A DNA stretch of 64,000 bases from Hamiltosporidium tvaerminnensis FI-OER-3-3 (GCA_022605425.2 CM061246.1:1798001-1862000), one strand, 5' to 3'. Positions 14,160 to 25,400 are shown, numbered from the stretch's first letter. Numbers and translations: made by a program. Notes: generated by a model from the sequence alone, not told the origin.

Positions 14160-14560
14160 GGATTTATGCATAAATAAATTAAAAAATAAGCATATCGTTA
14201 GAAAACACGGTTAATACAGACAAATAAAACACTCCACAATAATAAATTTCTTTGAGAGAGGAACAAAATGAATAAAATAGGAGAATACTGAACAGACATA
14301 AATTAAAGCCAAGCTAAAACTCTGGAAAATTTAAAGTAAATATAAAAGAAGAAGAGAAATAAGCAGTTAAAAAAGCTTAATTTTTTATTAGAAATGGCCC
14401 GAAGCGAGTAATAATTTGCAAATGAATGACTAGAAAAACAATACGAGAAACAGATCAGATGAGACTAAGAAATTCTTATTGAATTGGATAGGAGACTATA
14501 GCTCAGAAAATAAAGTTAAGATTTTTTTGGCAGTTTTTTTTATACTGCAAAAGAAAGTTC
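14160..14560 (+). repeat. Dispersed repeat family B, copy 1 (probable old R4-like ORF N-terminal remnant)
   Basis: Collinear with the reverse complement of 31060-31460 (shared AGCATATCGTTA, AATAAATTTCTT, AAATTTAAAGTAA, GTAATAATTTG, ATACGAGAAACA, CTATAGCTC, TGCAAAAGAAAGT). Confidence 0.7.
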
Positions 14561-15299
14561 GTTTTTACGAGCTTAACATCCAGTACTTTTTAAAACAGAA
14601 GCTTTGGCGATTCTATTAGTTGCCAACAAAGAAATTTAATTGTATTCAAGTAGATATCATCTATATTTAGAAATCTTAATGATTAAAAAGCTGGTCAAAA
14701 AAATTATACTAAACGATTAAATGACTGAACTAACTTCTTATATTCTGTATTATAAACTCCTCTCATTATGATCATCATGCTATTTAAGCATGATTTACCT
14801 CATTCGAATATATTGTATAAAAATTCCATATAGCGAAATTATAAAAAAACCGTAAGATATCACGCTGCAGATAATATAAAATCGTTCGAGAAACAAAACA
14901 GAAATTTTTTTGGTACCAAAGGGAATTTTGAAGAATTTAGTTTTTTGAAAATTTCTTTACCCGGTAATATTAAGAGGGATATCGGCGAAAATGATAAAAT
15001 ATTTACAAAAAGACAATTAATAATATGCAAGAAACCAAGTTTTTGATTTATTTTATATAAAAATTAACTCTGTTTTTAAAAATTGGTTTAGCCTTCCAAA
15101 ATTGTGCTTTAAAAGCAATTATTTGCACTTGACAAAAGAAAGATTTTATAGGAAAATATGTAACCTGTAACCAATGCATAGATTTAAACATCATATTCGG
15201 AAATCTTTTAAAGAAAAATCATGGACAAAAACGAACAAATCTCTTTCCAAAAACAAGAAATAAATCAGAAAAATAGAATTACAAAAAACAAGGTAGATC

Positions 15300-15930
15300 A
15301 TATTGAAATGCTCGTTTTTATATAAAATGAAAAGTCTAGAAACATTGCTATTATACATAGAAAATTACATAGATTAAGAAATATTCCTATAAGCCGAAAA
15401 TATGGTTAAAAGTACTAACTGCTTAAACCAAAATTTTCATTTTCTTAAACCTGATGATAGCAATTGTAATATTGCAAGAAATGAAAAGAATTATTTCGTA
15501 AAGAAGATTTCTTACTAAAATAATTGGTATAATGCCCAATTTTGAGATAATGAATATTTTTTTTCATTTAAAGTATTTAAACAAATGCAAAAAATAATAA
15601 TCGAGAATCACTGAAAAATGCAAGTTGCTCAAAAAAATTCATCTATGCCGTAAGAAGTATCTATAACAGCTTGCGTTTTCAGAATCGAATATGCATAGAT
15701 ATCCAAAAGCATAAAGAGAGAATATTCAATGCAAATTTGTGCTTTATTAGCCAGATATTTCCATGGTTCGTCTAAAAAGATAGCGAAAATCTGTCTTTAA
15801 CATAATTTTAAGTTTACTTGTATGACAGACTTGAATACATATTGCTACATATAAAAATTCGAATATTAGAAAATTAAGTTCGCGAAAAAAATAATTAAAA
15901 GTTTGGGCATTATTTGATCATTGGTGTATT
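15300..15930 (+). mobile_element. Highly decayed Ty3/gypsy-like RT remnant
   Basis: LN..F.FLKPDDS (~15423-15460), YFFS, KFA..+KSLG occur in the order of gypsy RT motifs; many stops and frameshifts. Confidence 0.3.
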
Positions 15931-15964
15931 TTTAAAATACAATATTTTAATTAAAATAAACTTT

Positions 15965-16686
15965 TTTTAAAATTATCACCTTTTTAAAATAGTGGCAAGT
16001 GTTATATTTGTTTTCATGGCATTAACGCAGTTCTAGGTTTAACATAAATAACTGCTACCCCAGCACTCCATCAGTACCTCCTGCGATACCTACGTCCCAA
16101 AGCCTTTCATCTAACAGGTGTTGTGAACCAAATTAATAGGCGAAGTAGTTGTCTGGAGTTCGTTACTGTCCGTTGCATGGAGTGTGATCGAAGGCCGAAG
16201 CCCCCTTAAGTCTCCCTCCAAGACTATGCATCATTCCCACTTAGTTACATTTTCTGAACCCAATAAACTTCTAGCTAAGATATATTTCAGAGATTTACAT
16301 GGGGTCCACCTAGACAGTGCAATGTCATAACAACAGGTATAACCGGCTACTTGGCTCTCCCGGATTTTAATGGTTTTTATTTTTATATCTCCCAGGCGCT
16401 AAGTCTTCTAACCCGAGTGAGCAAGGCTAGGTTTCCATGCTTTTACATGACAATTACCTATTAATTTAGCTGCTGTTTCCGATCTGGTTATATAAAAAAC
16501 AACAAATAAATTTGTAGAAAAGGTTCACTATTTCTTAGACCTTTTCCCTTCTAACAACTCCTATTGAACAATCGAATATGTAATGTGGTTTTATTCCCAC
16601 CATGATTCCAAACAATGATCCACTTACCAGATCCACACACTCATTGCCAAGCAGAAAGGTTTTTTATCTGTTTATTTCCTCTTCAC
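15965..16686 (+). repeat. ~710-bp dispersed repeat family A, copy 1
   Basis: High identity over its whole length to 25771-26490 and to the reverse complement of 31722-32439 (e.g. CCGTTGCATGGAGTGTGATCGAAG, CTCCCAGGCGCTAAGTCTTCTAA). Confidence 0.95.
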
Positions 16687-19035
16687 TCAGGATTCTAAGA
16701 AATCTATAATTATAAAATTTATTTATTTTTCTAAAAATAAAGCCATGCAAAGTATATTTTAGTTTCTAATTTCTAAAATAATATTGTATTCAACTTTGAA
16801 AAAAAACATATCAGTTCCTTAATATATTTTATCATATCTTTAATTTCCGCAAGCTTTAAAAAATTTTATGTGTAAACTATATTATATGTCACATTTTATT
16901 TGCTAAGTAACACCATATATCCGAATTGCAGTAAATAGACTTCCTATTAAAAATTTTGCAACAACGAAAATCCCAAATTTACAAATCAAACAACCTGAGT
17001 TGGTGTAGTATAACGAATTCCAAACTATAAAATATATTACGGGCAATTTAGTAATTTTTATAGATCTTTTATTTATACGAAAATGGGAAGATTTTATATT
17101 AAATTAAAAGTGAGGAGAAAAATGTAGCCAAAACCAAAACTATCAGTTCTATGGGTTTTAATTGTGTTCGCTGTTTTTTTTGAGCAGAATTTCAAGTTAT
17201 AAACTTTTTCCCTTCGCAGCTATTGCATTTTTCAGATACGTATTCGAATTTGCAGCCACCGAAATTAAGATTAATCCCAGTTTTAGATGACATCCTTATA
17301 TATTCTCTTAGTGAAATCACAAACCACAATTTCTCGAGCTAAAATGAACTTTCCACAACATATTGTAAATTTCCACCCCACAATAAGTTTTATTTAAGAT
17401 TTCATGTTTCTTAACTAGTTTATAAAAACCGGCTTCTGTTGTTTCAATAACAAATGCTATAACACACCTTTGATTGGTATGAAGCATTTTAACATCTGAG
17501 GTTAATCTCTCACTACTTCACCCGTCTTAGAGAAGAATATTTTAAATCAAAGACAAAACAGATTTAAAGCTTGTTTGCCAAAATCTTCCTAATTTTCTAC
17601 ATGCCGGGTCTTCTTTTCTCAAATCGATATTTTCTCAGAAATCCTCATAACCTTCATTCATACATTTTTATGACCAGAGACTGCACTATAGAATCACTCT
17701 GGCAATTTTTTTTTTGTTTTTATAGTAATCAGAATATGGTTTAGATATCTAGATCAAGTGTGGATTACAGCTAAGAAATTAAGGCAATCCTTCTTGTTCT
17801 TTCAAAAGATTTCATGCTGGTTTGTTCATTTTAGGGTGGGATTTTTTTACAGATTATAAATCGTTTAATATTTCAATTTACTTCTAATTCTTTTTCATAT
17901 ATCATATTGAGCCTAATATCTATGAGTAGAAAACTTTTTAGACTTACATTCGACTTAGATTCAAATATAGTTTCGTATTAAGTACAGTACATGCCACTAT
18001 AGAAAGTACTGTTTTTTTCGTAACTAAACATAAATAAAATTTCTGACCAATTCAACTTTTATTGACTTCTAGCAACGTTAAAAGCATACCCTCAACATCT
18101 TGATTCGAAATTTATTCAAAGCCCTGATTTTATAAGTTTCTGGGCTTCTCATGTACAAAAATTAACTAATCCACATGTTACATAGACATTTAATGGGATT
18201 GCTACCAACTGCCTTTTATTATTCTCTCCATCATGATAAGCGAACCAAGAACGATCGAAATAAATAAAATAACATAAAATATTTCGTCTTCGCTTTTGAT
18301 TTAATAAGCTTAGCCCATGATATATCTACCTAAAGAGTCTTGGTACACAACTAATAATTAAAATAAATCATTAGCTTTTAATTTCATTATTTTAAATCGA
18401 ATGCGCTCATTAAATTCATGTTTTTACTTAGTATCGATTTTTAAAACCAATCATTTTTTGGATTATTGTGTTTTTTTTTGAACCACACACATAAATTTAA
18501 GTAACTTTTTATCGTTTCTCTTGAATGCTTTTATAGATTTAATTTATTTTCTATTCCTTTAGATCAGCCATCTTGCCCAATCGCAACATGTGCATCATCT
18601 TAAAATTTAAAATATCTCTTTCCGAAGTATAAAAAACACTCTCTCTTCTTTACATCTTCGGTTAAAAGAATATTAAATTTTTTATTCTCTTATTTACTCG
18701 TTTGTTTAAAAGAATATAAATAATTCTTCCTCTTCTTTATGTCTTTGGTTAAAAGAATATAGAATTATTTTTTCTCTCCAATAATTACCAAATAAAACTT
18801 GCGTATGCGTTTAAATCCTCAGATTTTCATTCCAATAATTTGCTTTCAGATACTTTATATTTCTTTATAAACACCAAGTATTATTGTTTTGTAAGAATTT
18901 GTACATATAAACGTTTATTGTATAATTAAGATTCACTAAGCCGTTCGTCGAAACGATGCTTCGTATCAACAAAATCAATTAACATCGGTCCAGTATTTTA
19001 TTTTTCATAAAAATAACAGACACTTAATAAACAAA

Positions 19036-19241
19036 AAAACCCAAAACAATCGTGATCTGATTACAGTGCAAAACAGTAAAATAGATAAGTCGAAGAATGA
19101 CATACGAGTAACCCGCAACAATTACACCAGGCATATATAAAACCTAAATCAATCGTGATCTGATTACAGTGCAAAACAGTAAAATAGATAAGCCGAATAA
19201 TGACATACGAGTAACCCGCAACAATTACACCAGACATATAT
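19036..19241. repeat. Tandem duplication, 2 x 103 bp
   Basis: CAATCGTGATCTGATTACAGTGC...CAATTACACCAG starts at 19047 and 19150 with only a few mismatches. Confidence 0.95.
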
Positions 19242-19572
19242 CACCATAAATACATTAAAACGACTACAATTTACACTGCTATTAAAGATACCCTAATAGT
19301 CTAATAAATAAATCTTTTTTTACAGTAAAATTTCTCTCAAATTTTCCTATTATTTAAATTACCAGTAACAAATATTTCTTTCAAATGTATTTTCAAAAAA
19401 CAAGAAATATATATTTTTCAAAAGAAAAACGACAAAAAAAAAACGAATAAAAAAAAATAAACTTAAATCTCCCAAACAACTAATAAATCATTTTTAGGAT
19501 TTAAAAAAATATTTTTTTATGGTTTTAGAATCAGCAATACTTAAGAAATAAACTCAACAACTATTACTAAAT

Positions 19573-19708
19573 ACCATAAAAAAATACTTTAACCACCACA
19601 AATACCCATAAGAAACCATAAAAAAATACTTTAACCACCACAAATACCCATAAGAAACCATAAAAAAATACTTTAACCACCACAAATAACCATAAGAAAC
19701 CATAAAAA
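19573..19708. repeat. Minisatellite, ~3.2 x 42 bp
   Basis: ACCATAAAAAAATACTTTAACCACCACAAATACCCATAAGAA starts at 19573, 19615 and 19657; partial copy at 19699. Confidence 0.95.
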
Positions 19709-19809
19709 CGTGTCAATTAACAACTTAAATATTTCCTTTAATTTCATACTTTTGATTTAGAAATACTTTATAATAAAAATAAATACCAATCAAATGTAAA
19801 GCAGGGTAA

Positions 19810-20100
19810 GAAATATTAAATATGAAAAGTATGAAGTATGAAATATCATAAAACTAGGAAAAATCATAAAAAATATGAAATATAAAAAACTAGGAAATAT
19901 AATGAAATAATCAAATATCATAAGAATATATATAAATAAAGAAATATAGAAACATAGGAAACATAGGAAATATAATGAAATAATCAAATATCATAAGAAT
20001 ATAAAGAAATATAAAAAACTAGGAAACATAGGAAATATAAAGAAATAATCAAATATCGTAAGAATATATAGACACATAGGAAACATAAAGAAATATAAAT
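19810..20100. repeat. Degenerate 9-mer array (AGAAATATA/GGAAACATA) downstream of RPB8
   Basis: Visible ~9-bp periodicity of purine-rich units. Confidence 0.8.
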
Positions 20101-20102
20101 TA

Positions 20103-20477
20103 TTAAACGTGTTTTAATCCAATAACAATATCAGAAAATTCACTAATATTTCTAGCTTTATCTTGCAAAATACTTAAAATCATACACAATCCACCAAAAG
20201 AAGCATTTATAACTACAAAAGAGTCTCTTTCATCAACTTGATAAACCTTACCTTGCATTACATAAACATAATCAGTTGGTATTAAAGAATCATCATTTAT
20301 TCCTTCATAAAGTGTTACTTCTAATAAATCATCTATATTTACTTTAAAAAGATGACTGTTATAATCTAAAGTAAGTGATGTATCTTTAGAAACTAATGTT
20401 ATTCTTGAAACATTGTCAAATTTTTTACCTTCTTTGTCTTTCTCCTTTACAATAAATTTATCGGTTAAAACTTCCAT
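20103..20477 (-). CDS. RPB8: DNA-directed RNA polymerases I/II/III subunit RPABC3 (Rpb8)
   Basis: GKKFDNVSRI, LDYN, YVMQGKVY and SFGGL motifs of Rpb8; 124 aa; CCC 10 nt upstream of ATG. Confidence 0.95.
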   Translation of the reverse strand: MEVLTDKFIVKEKDKEGKKFDNVSRITLVSKDTSLTLDYNSHLFKVNIDDLLEVTLYEGINDDSLIPTDYVYVMQGKVYQVDERDSFVVINASFGGLCMILSILQDKARNISEFSDIVIGLKHV

Positions 20478-20578
20478 GTTAATAAAGGGTCATTCTTATA
20501 AATTTATTTTAGATTTTTTTTAAAGGGAATTAACACATCGTTTTATAGTAAAGAAATAAATTTTAAAAAGGGATTAGT

Positions 20579-21030
20579 AACACCCTTTAGATGACTTAAA
20601 TGTTTAATAGTAAATAACACCTGTTAATAATATGATATATAGTAAGGAATATAACATCCTTTAGACAACTACAATGTTTAATAGTAAATAACACATGTTA
20701 ATAATATGATATATAGTAAGGAATATAACACCCTTTAGATGACTTAAATGTTTAATAGTGGAATAACACCTGTTAATAATATGATATATAGTAAGGAATA
20801 TAACACCCTTTAGACAACAGTAAATATTTGATAGTAAATAACACCTATTAAAATCAAAATTTTAAAAGTGGATTTGTAAGACCCTTTAGACGACATAAAC
20901 TTTTATTAGTAGTTAACACCTGTTAAGAAGATTATATAAGTAATAAAGAAATTACACACCCTTTGGACAATAGAAATAAATATAATAAATTAACACCTTT
21001 TAAATACAAGTAATAAAGAAATTAACACCT
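20579..21030. repeat. ~74-bp tandem repeat built from TAACACC-initiated subunits, between RPB2 and RPB8
   Basis: AACA(C/T)CCTTTAGA units at 20579, 20653, 20727 and 20802, then degenerate copies; units alternate ABAB (GATGACTTAAATG vs GACAAC). Confidence 0.9.
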
Positions 21031-21154
21031 CCTTTAAATATTGAAATCCATTTACTAACAAAATATTTTAAAAAATCCTTAAAAAAAAGCTATTCTCCAC
21101 TTTTATGCGCATAAACACAAAAACTATAAATAGGAAACCAAGCATAAAAAACAG

Positions 21155-21295
21155 TGTACTCCTTCCTCCTGCTCCTGCTCCTTTCCTTCTCTTCCCACAC
21201 ACAACCTCTTCCTTCACCTCCTCCCTCTTCTACTCTTCCCACACACAACCTTCTCCTTCCCACCCCCTCCCTCCCCCCTACACCCTCCCCCTACA
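21155..21295 (-). other. G/A-rich tract in the RPB2 3' flank with G-quadruplex-forming potential
   Basis: Six C-runs of 3-6 nt within 21259-21291 on +, i.e. G-runs on the mRNA strand starting 9 nt after the stop. Confidence 0.7.
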
Positions 21296-21299
21296 CTTC

Positions 21300-24200
21300 T
21301 CACACATCCTCCTCCAATCTCAGCCTTGGCCCAATATTCATAGCCATCAATTCCTGACACAACAGTTTAAAAGCATAAGGCACTGTAACCAAAGACCCTT
21401 TAGTAGTATTCTTACACCCCTTACACTCAAAATACCCTTTACCATCATAAATACCAAACAACCCACACAAATCACAAACACTAACAGTATAACTATCACT
21501 AACATCCAAAAGTCTCTCCTTAAGAAAAGCACTCATCCCATGTGAAATAATACAATCTCTCTCCATTTCTCCAAACCTCAACCCTCCATCTCTACTCCTC
21601 CCTTCTACTGGTTGCCTAGTCAATATTTGTAAAGGTCCTCTTGCCCTTGCATGTATCTTATCCTCTACCATATGTTTAAGCCTTTGATAATATGTAGGTC
21701 CCATAAATATTTGCATCTTCATTTTTCTACCTGTTAATCCACTATACATAATCTCATATCCTCTCTTATTATATCCACTACCTACTAACATGTCACTTAT
21801 ATCATTAACACTTAAATTAGTAAAAGGAGTAGCATCCCCTTCTCTACCCTTTAATGCACTAACCTTTCCTAATAAACATTCTATTAAATGTCCAATAGTC
21901 ATTCTAGCTGGTATAGCATGTGGATTAATAATTATGTCTGGAATAACACCTTCTTTACTAAAAGGCATATCCTCTTGTCTTAAAGTAATTCCAATCGTAC
22001 CCTTTTGTCCGTGTCGAGATGCAAATTTGTCTCCAATCTGTGGAACCCTACAACTTCTAACTTTTACCTTCGTAAATTTATACCCCTCCCTATTAGTAAC
22101 CAACACAGTATCTACAACACCACTCTCTGTACTTCTCATAGGTGTACTAGAATCCTTTTTAAGATACACAGGTTTATTCTTAGTACTTCTCTCAGGATCT
22201 AAAATAGGTACTACCTTACCTATTAACACATCATCTCCCATAACTCTAAGTCCTGGTACTATCAACCCATCAACATCTAATTTGTCATAATTTAAATTTT
22301 TCATTCTTATCACTTCACTACGTATAGGTTTAACAAAATCTTCAGATAATCCTGGTCTTGTCATATTCTCTTGATCAGAATACGTTCGATAAAAAAAAGA
22401 TCTGAATAATCCTCTATCAATAGCAGATTGATTCATTATTATACTATCTTCTTGGTTATACCCACTATAACAAGCAATAGCTACAATAGCATTTTGTCCA
22501 GATGGAAGTTCTTTAAATCTTAAAAATTCCATACATTTAGTTACTACTAATGGTTTCTGTGGATAAAATAGTATATTTGATAAAGTATCCATTCTTAATA
22601 AAAAATTGGTTGCAAATATTCCCATCGCTTGTTTACCCATAGCAGATTGATATGTATTACGTGGACTTTGGTTATGATCAGGAAAAGGAATAGCAGAAGC
22701 ACAAATCCCTAAAATCATACTTGGATGTATTTCACAGTGAGTATAATTAACATTAGAAGGAAGAGGAAAGTATCTTTTGAGTGTAGGGTTAGTGTTAGTG
22801 TTAGTATTAGTACTAGTGTTAGTGTTAGTATTAGTATTAGTATTAGTATTAGTATTAGTGTTATTAATTATACTACTACTTATACTACTACCTATACTAC
22901 TGCTCACACCCCCACCTACACTACTGCTCACACCCCCACCTACACTACTACTTATACTACTACCTATACTACTACCCACACTACTCACACCCCCACCTAC
23001 AACACTACCTACAACACTACCCACACTACTCACACCCCCACCTACAACACTACCTACAACACTACCACTACCACCACCTAACCCTAATACATCAGTATCA
23101 CTCTCCATAAATACTGACCCCTTTATTTCACTACCCTGTAGTCTACCTACATCCATACAAATTATAGATGTCTCCTCTTCTTCTACATCAAGATACTCTA
23201 CAATTCCTTTTCTTATAAGTTCTTCCCACTTAACACCTCTCAACTCTTCACTAATTAATTTATTATTTCTTACAACAAATAAAGGTCTACATGGTCTACC
23301 ACCATCACATAAAATACGAATCTCTTTCTCACGTATGTCTCTAACAATACTAACCTCTTTATTTATTTCTCCACTTTTTCTCATTTCTTTTAATACTTTT
23401 AAAATACTTTCTGCTTCTTTAACGAATCCAATCCAATTTCCATTTAAAAATACTTTTATAGAATTTAAAAAGTCTATACTGCTTACCTCTTCTAAACTTA
23501 TTAATCCATTCTCTTCAAATATTTCTAATATTTGAAATGTACTACTTCCTACACTTATATAAGTCATAAGACTTAAATTCTTAACAATACCACATGCTTG
23601 TCCTTCTGGTGTCTCAGATGGACATACCATACCCCAATGGGTGTTATGTAACTGACGTGGTTTAGCTAATTTACCTTCTTTACCTATCGGTGTATTCACA
23701 CGTCTTAAATGACTTAAAGTACTTACAAAATTATACCTATTTAACACCTGTGCTACTCCTGCCTTACTTTGCATTGCTTTAACTTGTTCTCCCCAATTTC
23801 CTGTTGCTAAGGAATATCTGAAACCAGAAGTAAGAATACTAGTCTTAAGACCAAGAGCTATATTAAATTCTCTTCCTTGTTCTACACACTTCTGCATGTG
23901 TTTTACTGTTTCATTACATAACTTACGAAACAAAGTTCTAAATAGAGAAGCAAGTAAAGGTCCTGACATGTCCATTCTCTTTCTACCGTAATGGTCTCTA
24001 TCATCTACTTCTCTTCTTCCTAAATCTACAAGTAACAGTCTATGTATCATATATCCAAGAAAAAATGCTTTTTTAGTCTCACAAAACTCTTTTTGACTGA
24101 TGTGTGGAAAAAATTCCTTTTGTAAAATATCTTTTGCAAATTTTATTCTTTTTTCCTGTGTAGAACCAACAGCTGCTCCTCTCTTTCCAATATAATCCAA

Positions 24201-25061
24201 TGCTATATTCTGGTCTTGTATAACAAATGCTTCTTCTATACTTCCTTTAAGTAAATCTAACATTTCTTTATCCTGTGGATCATAAACTATATGTTGTAAA
24301 ATTTCTTTATCAGATACAAATCCTAAAGCTCTATAAAGAATAATTACTGGTATTTCTTGTTTTATGTATGGAAGAACAGCTCGTATTAATTTAGTATTAC
24401 GAAGTAATTTAAGAGTAAAAGGTGAAGGGATACGAGAACCTGTATGTGGTGCACTTCTTATTTCTCCATATAAATGGTATGGAGATGGTTGTGATTTAGG
24501 AAATATATAAACCATATTTGTTGCCATTCTTTCTTGAGCAATCAGTACTTTTTCAGATCCATTAATAATAAAATATCCACCTTGATCATAATTACACTCC
24601 CCAAGGGCATTAGTGTCTTTCTCTTGTAAATCAGACATAACACAAAAAGAAGATCTAAGCATGATAGGCATAGACCCTATAGGTACTCTTATATACGTAT
24701 GCTCATCAACATTATTATTTTCATTTTCTGTTATCTTAGTAACATCAATATATAACGGTGAAGAATATGTTAAATCTCTAAGACGAGCCTCATTAGGAAA
24801 AATTGTTGATGTTTGACCGTCAGGTTCTGTTATTATAGGTGGTTTTGATAAATATATTTGACCAAATTTTATTGTAATTTTACGGGTACTTTCATCGGCG
24901 GTGGGAGTTGATTGTATTATTATTGTTGCGTTTTCGTCTACTACCTCTTGCATGGTTGATTTTACGAATGAATCGAATGAATCGAGTTGTTGGCTTACTA
25001 GTACTTTGTCTTGGAAGAATGAAGATATTACTGACCAGATGTCTTTGTTTTGAAGTGTCAT
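21300..25061 (-). CDS. RPB2: DNA-directed RNA polymerase II second-largest subunit (Rpb2) with ~110-aa low-complexity insertion
   Basis: GGYFIINGSEKVLIAQE, SLATGNWG, PRQLHNTHWG, ETPEGQACG, YNQEDS, GDKFASRHGQKG, GGLRFGEMERD and a C-terminal Zn site; Pol II-type signatures; no introns needed. Confidence 0.99.
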   Translation of the reverse strand: MTLQNKDIWSVISSFFQDKVLVSQQLDSFDSFVKSTMQEVVDENATIIIQSTPTADESTRKITIKFGQIYLSKPPIITEPDGQTSTIFPNEARLRDLTYSSPLYIDVTKITENENNNVDEHTYIRVPIGSMPIMLRSSFCVMSDLQEKDTNALGECNYDQGGYFIINGSEKVLIAQERMATNMVYIFPKSQPSPYHLYGEIRSAPHTGSRIPSPFTLKLLRNTKLIRAVLPYIKQEIPVIILYRALGFVSDKEILQHIVYDPQDKEMLDLLKGSIEEAFVIQDQNIALDYIGKRGAAVGSTQEKRIKFAKDILQKEFFPHISQKEFCETKKAFFLGYMIHRLLLVDLGRREVDDRDHYGRKRMDMSGPLLASLFRTLFRKLCNETVKHMQKCVEQGREFNIALGLKTSILTSGFRYSLATGNWGEQVKAMQSKAGVAQVLNRYNFVSTLSHLRRVNTPIGKEGKLAKPRQLHNTHWGMVCPSETPEGQACGIVKNLSLMTYISVGSSTFQILEIFEENGLISLEEVSSIDFLNSIKVFLNGNWIGFVKEAESILKVLKEMRKSGEINKEVSIVRDIREKEIRILCDGGRPCRPLFVVRNNKLISEELRGVKWEELIRKGIVEYLDVEEEETSIICMDVGRLQGSEIKGSVFMESDTDVLGLGGGSGSVVGSVVGGGVSSVGSVVGSVVGGGVSSVGSSIGSSISSSVGGGVSSSVGGGVSSSIGSSISSSIINNTNTNTNTNTNTNTNTSTNTNTNTNPTLKRYFPLPSNVNYTHCEIHPSMILGICASAIPFPDHNQSPRNTYQSAMGKQAMGIFATNFLLRMDTLSNILFYPQKPLVVTKCMEFLRFKELPSGQNAIVAIACYSGYNQEDSIIMNQSAIDRGLFRSFFYRTYSDQENMTRPGLSEDFVKPIRSEVIRMKNLNYDKLDVDGLIVPGLRVMGDDVLIGKVVPILDPERSTKNKPVYLKKDSSTPMRSTESGVVDTVLVTNREGYKFTKVKVRSCRVPQIGDKFASRHGQKGTIGITLRQEDMPFSKEGVIPDIIINPHAIPARMTIGHLIECLLGKVSALKGREGDATPFTNLSVNDISDMLVGSGYNKRGYEIMYSGLTGRKMKMQIFMGPTYYQRLKHMVEDKIHARARGPLQILTRQPVEGRSRDGGLRFGEMERDCIISHGMSAFLKERLLDVSDSYTVSVCDLCGLFGIYDGKGYFECKGCKNTTKGSLVTVPYAFKLLCQELMAMNIGPRLRLEEDV
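22788..23085 (-). repeat. In-frame low-complexity repeat in RPB2 (G/S/V repeats then (NT)n)
   Basis: 12/36-nt codon repeats (CCTACAACACTA etc.) followed by a (TTAGTR)n hexamer array on +. Confidence 0.95.
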
Positions 25062-25075
25062 ATTTATATGGGGGG
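25062..25075 (-). promoter_or_regulatory. Microsporidian CCC-type start signal upstream of RPB2
   Basis: CCCCCC-ATATAAAT-ATG on the minus strand. Equivalent CCC/GGG at 615-617, 1266-1268, 2655-2658, 20487-20489, 33025-33027 and 36625-36627; the motif is established for microsporidian genes. Confidence 0.7.
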
Positions 25076-25129
25076 TGTTGAATTTGGTAAATAAGTGGGT
25101 GGTTAGAGGGGGGTATTTATATTTGGATT

Positions 25130-25400
25130 TGGAAAGTTCAAAATAATAAGAGAAAATATAATAAGAAAATATATAATAAGAGAATATATAATGAGAGGGT
25201 ATAATGAGAGGGTAGAAGGGGTGGTAATATAAATGAGATAATATAAGTGAGAGAATATAAGTGAGATAATATAAGTGAGAGAATATAAGTGAGAGAATAT
25301 AAGTGAGAGAATATAAAGAGAAATAGAATGAAATATTAAGAGAAATAGAATGAGAAATAAAGAAATAAAGAAATAATGAAACATAAGAAACATAAGTACG
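25130..25400. repeat. Low-complexity purine-rich array (ATAAGTGAGAGAAT-like) upstream of RPB2
   Basis: Repeated 14-mer/9-mer units visible directly. Confidence 0.85.

Noticed and set aside
17000-18600. Possible gypsy integrase debris on minus (VAIPL, NQG)
   Set aside because: Too decayed to distinguish from chance by eye.
19790-19987. Hydrophobic ORFs 19790-19987 and 25103-25393
   Set aside because: Translations of low-complexity tandem arrays.
20579-20880. CRISPR-like repeat-spacer appearance
   Set aside because: The 'spacers' are themselves repeated, the context is eukaryotic and there are no cas genes; it is a minisatellite.
22785-22862. Interstitial telomere (TTAGTR)n
   Set aside because: Units are TTAGTA/TTAGTG, in frame as Asn-Thr codons inside RPB2; not a true TTAGG(G) tract.
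21105-24816. Plus-strand ORFs overlapping RPB2 (e.g. 22777-23535, 21790-22290)
   Set aside because: Antisense shadows produced by codon bias and low-complexity repeats.
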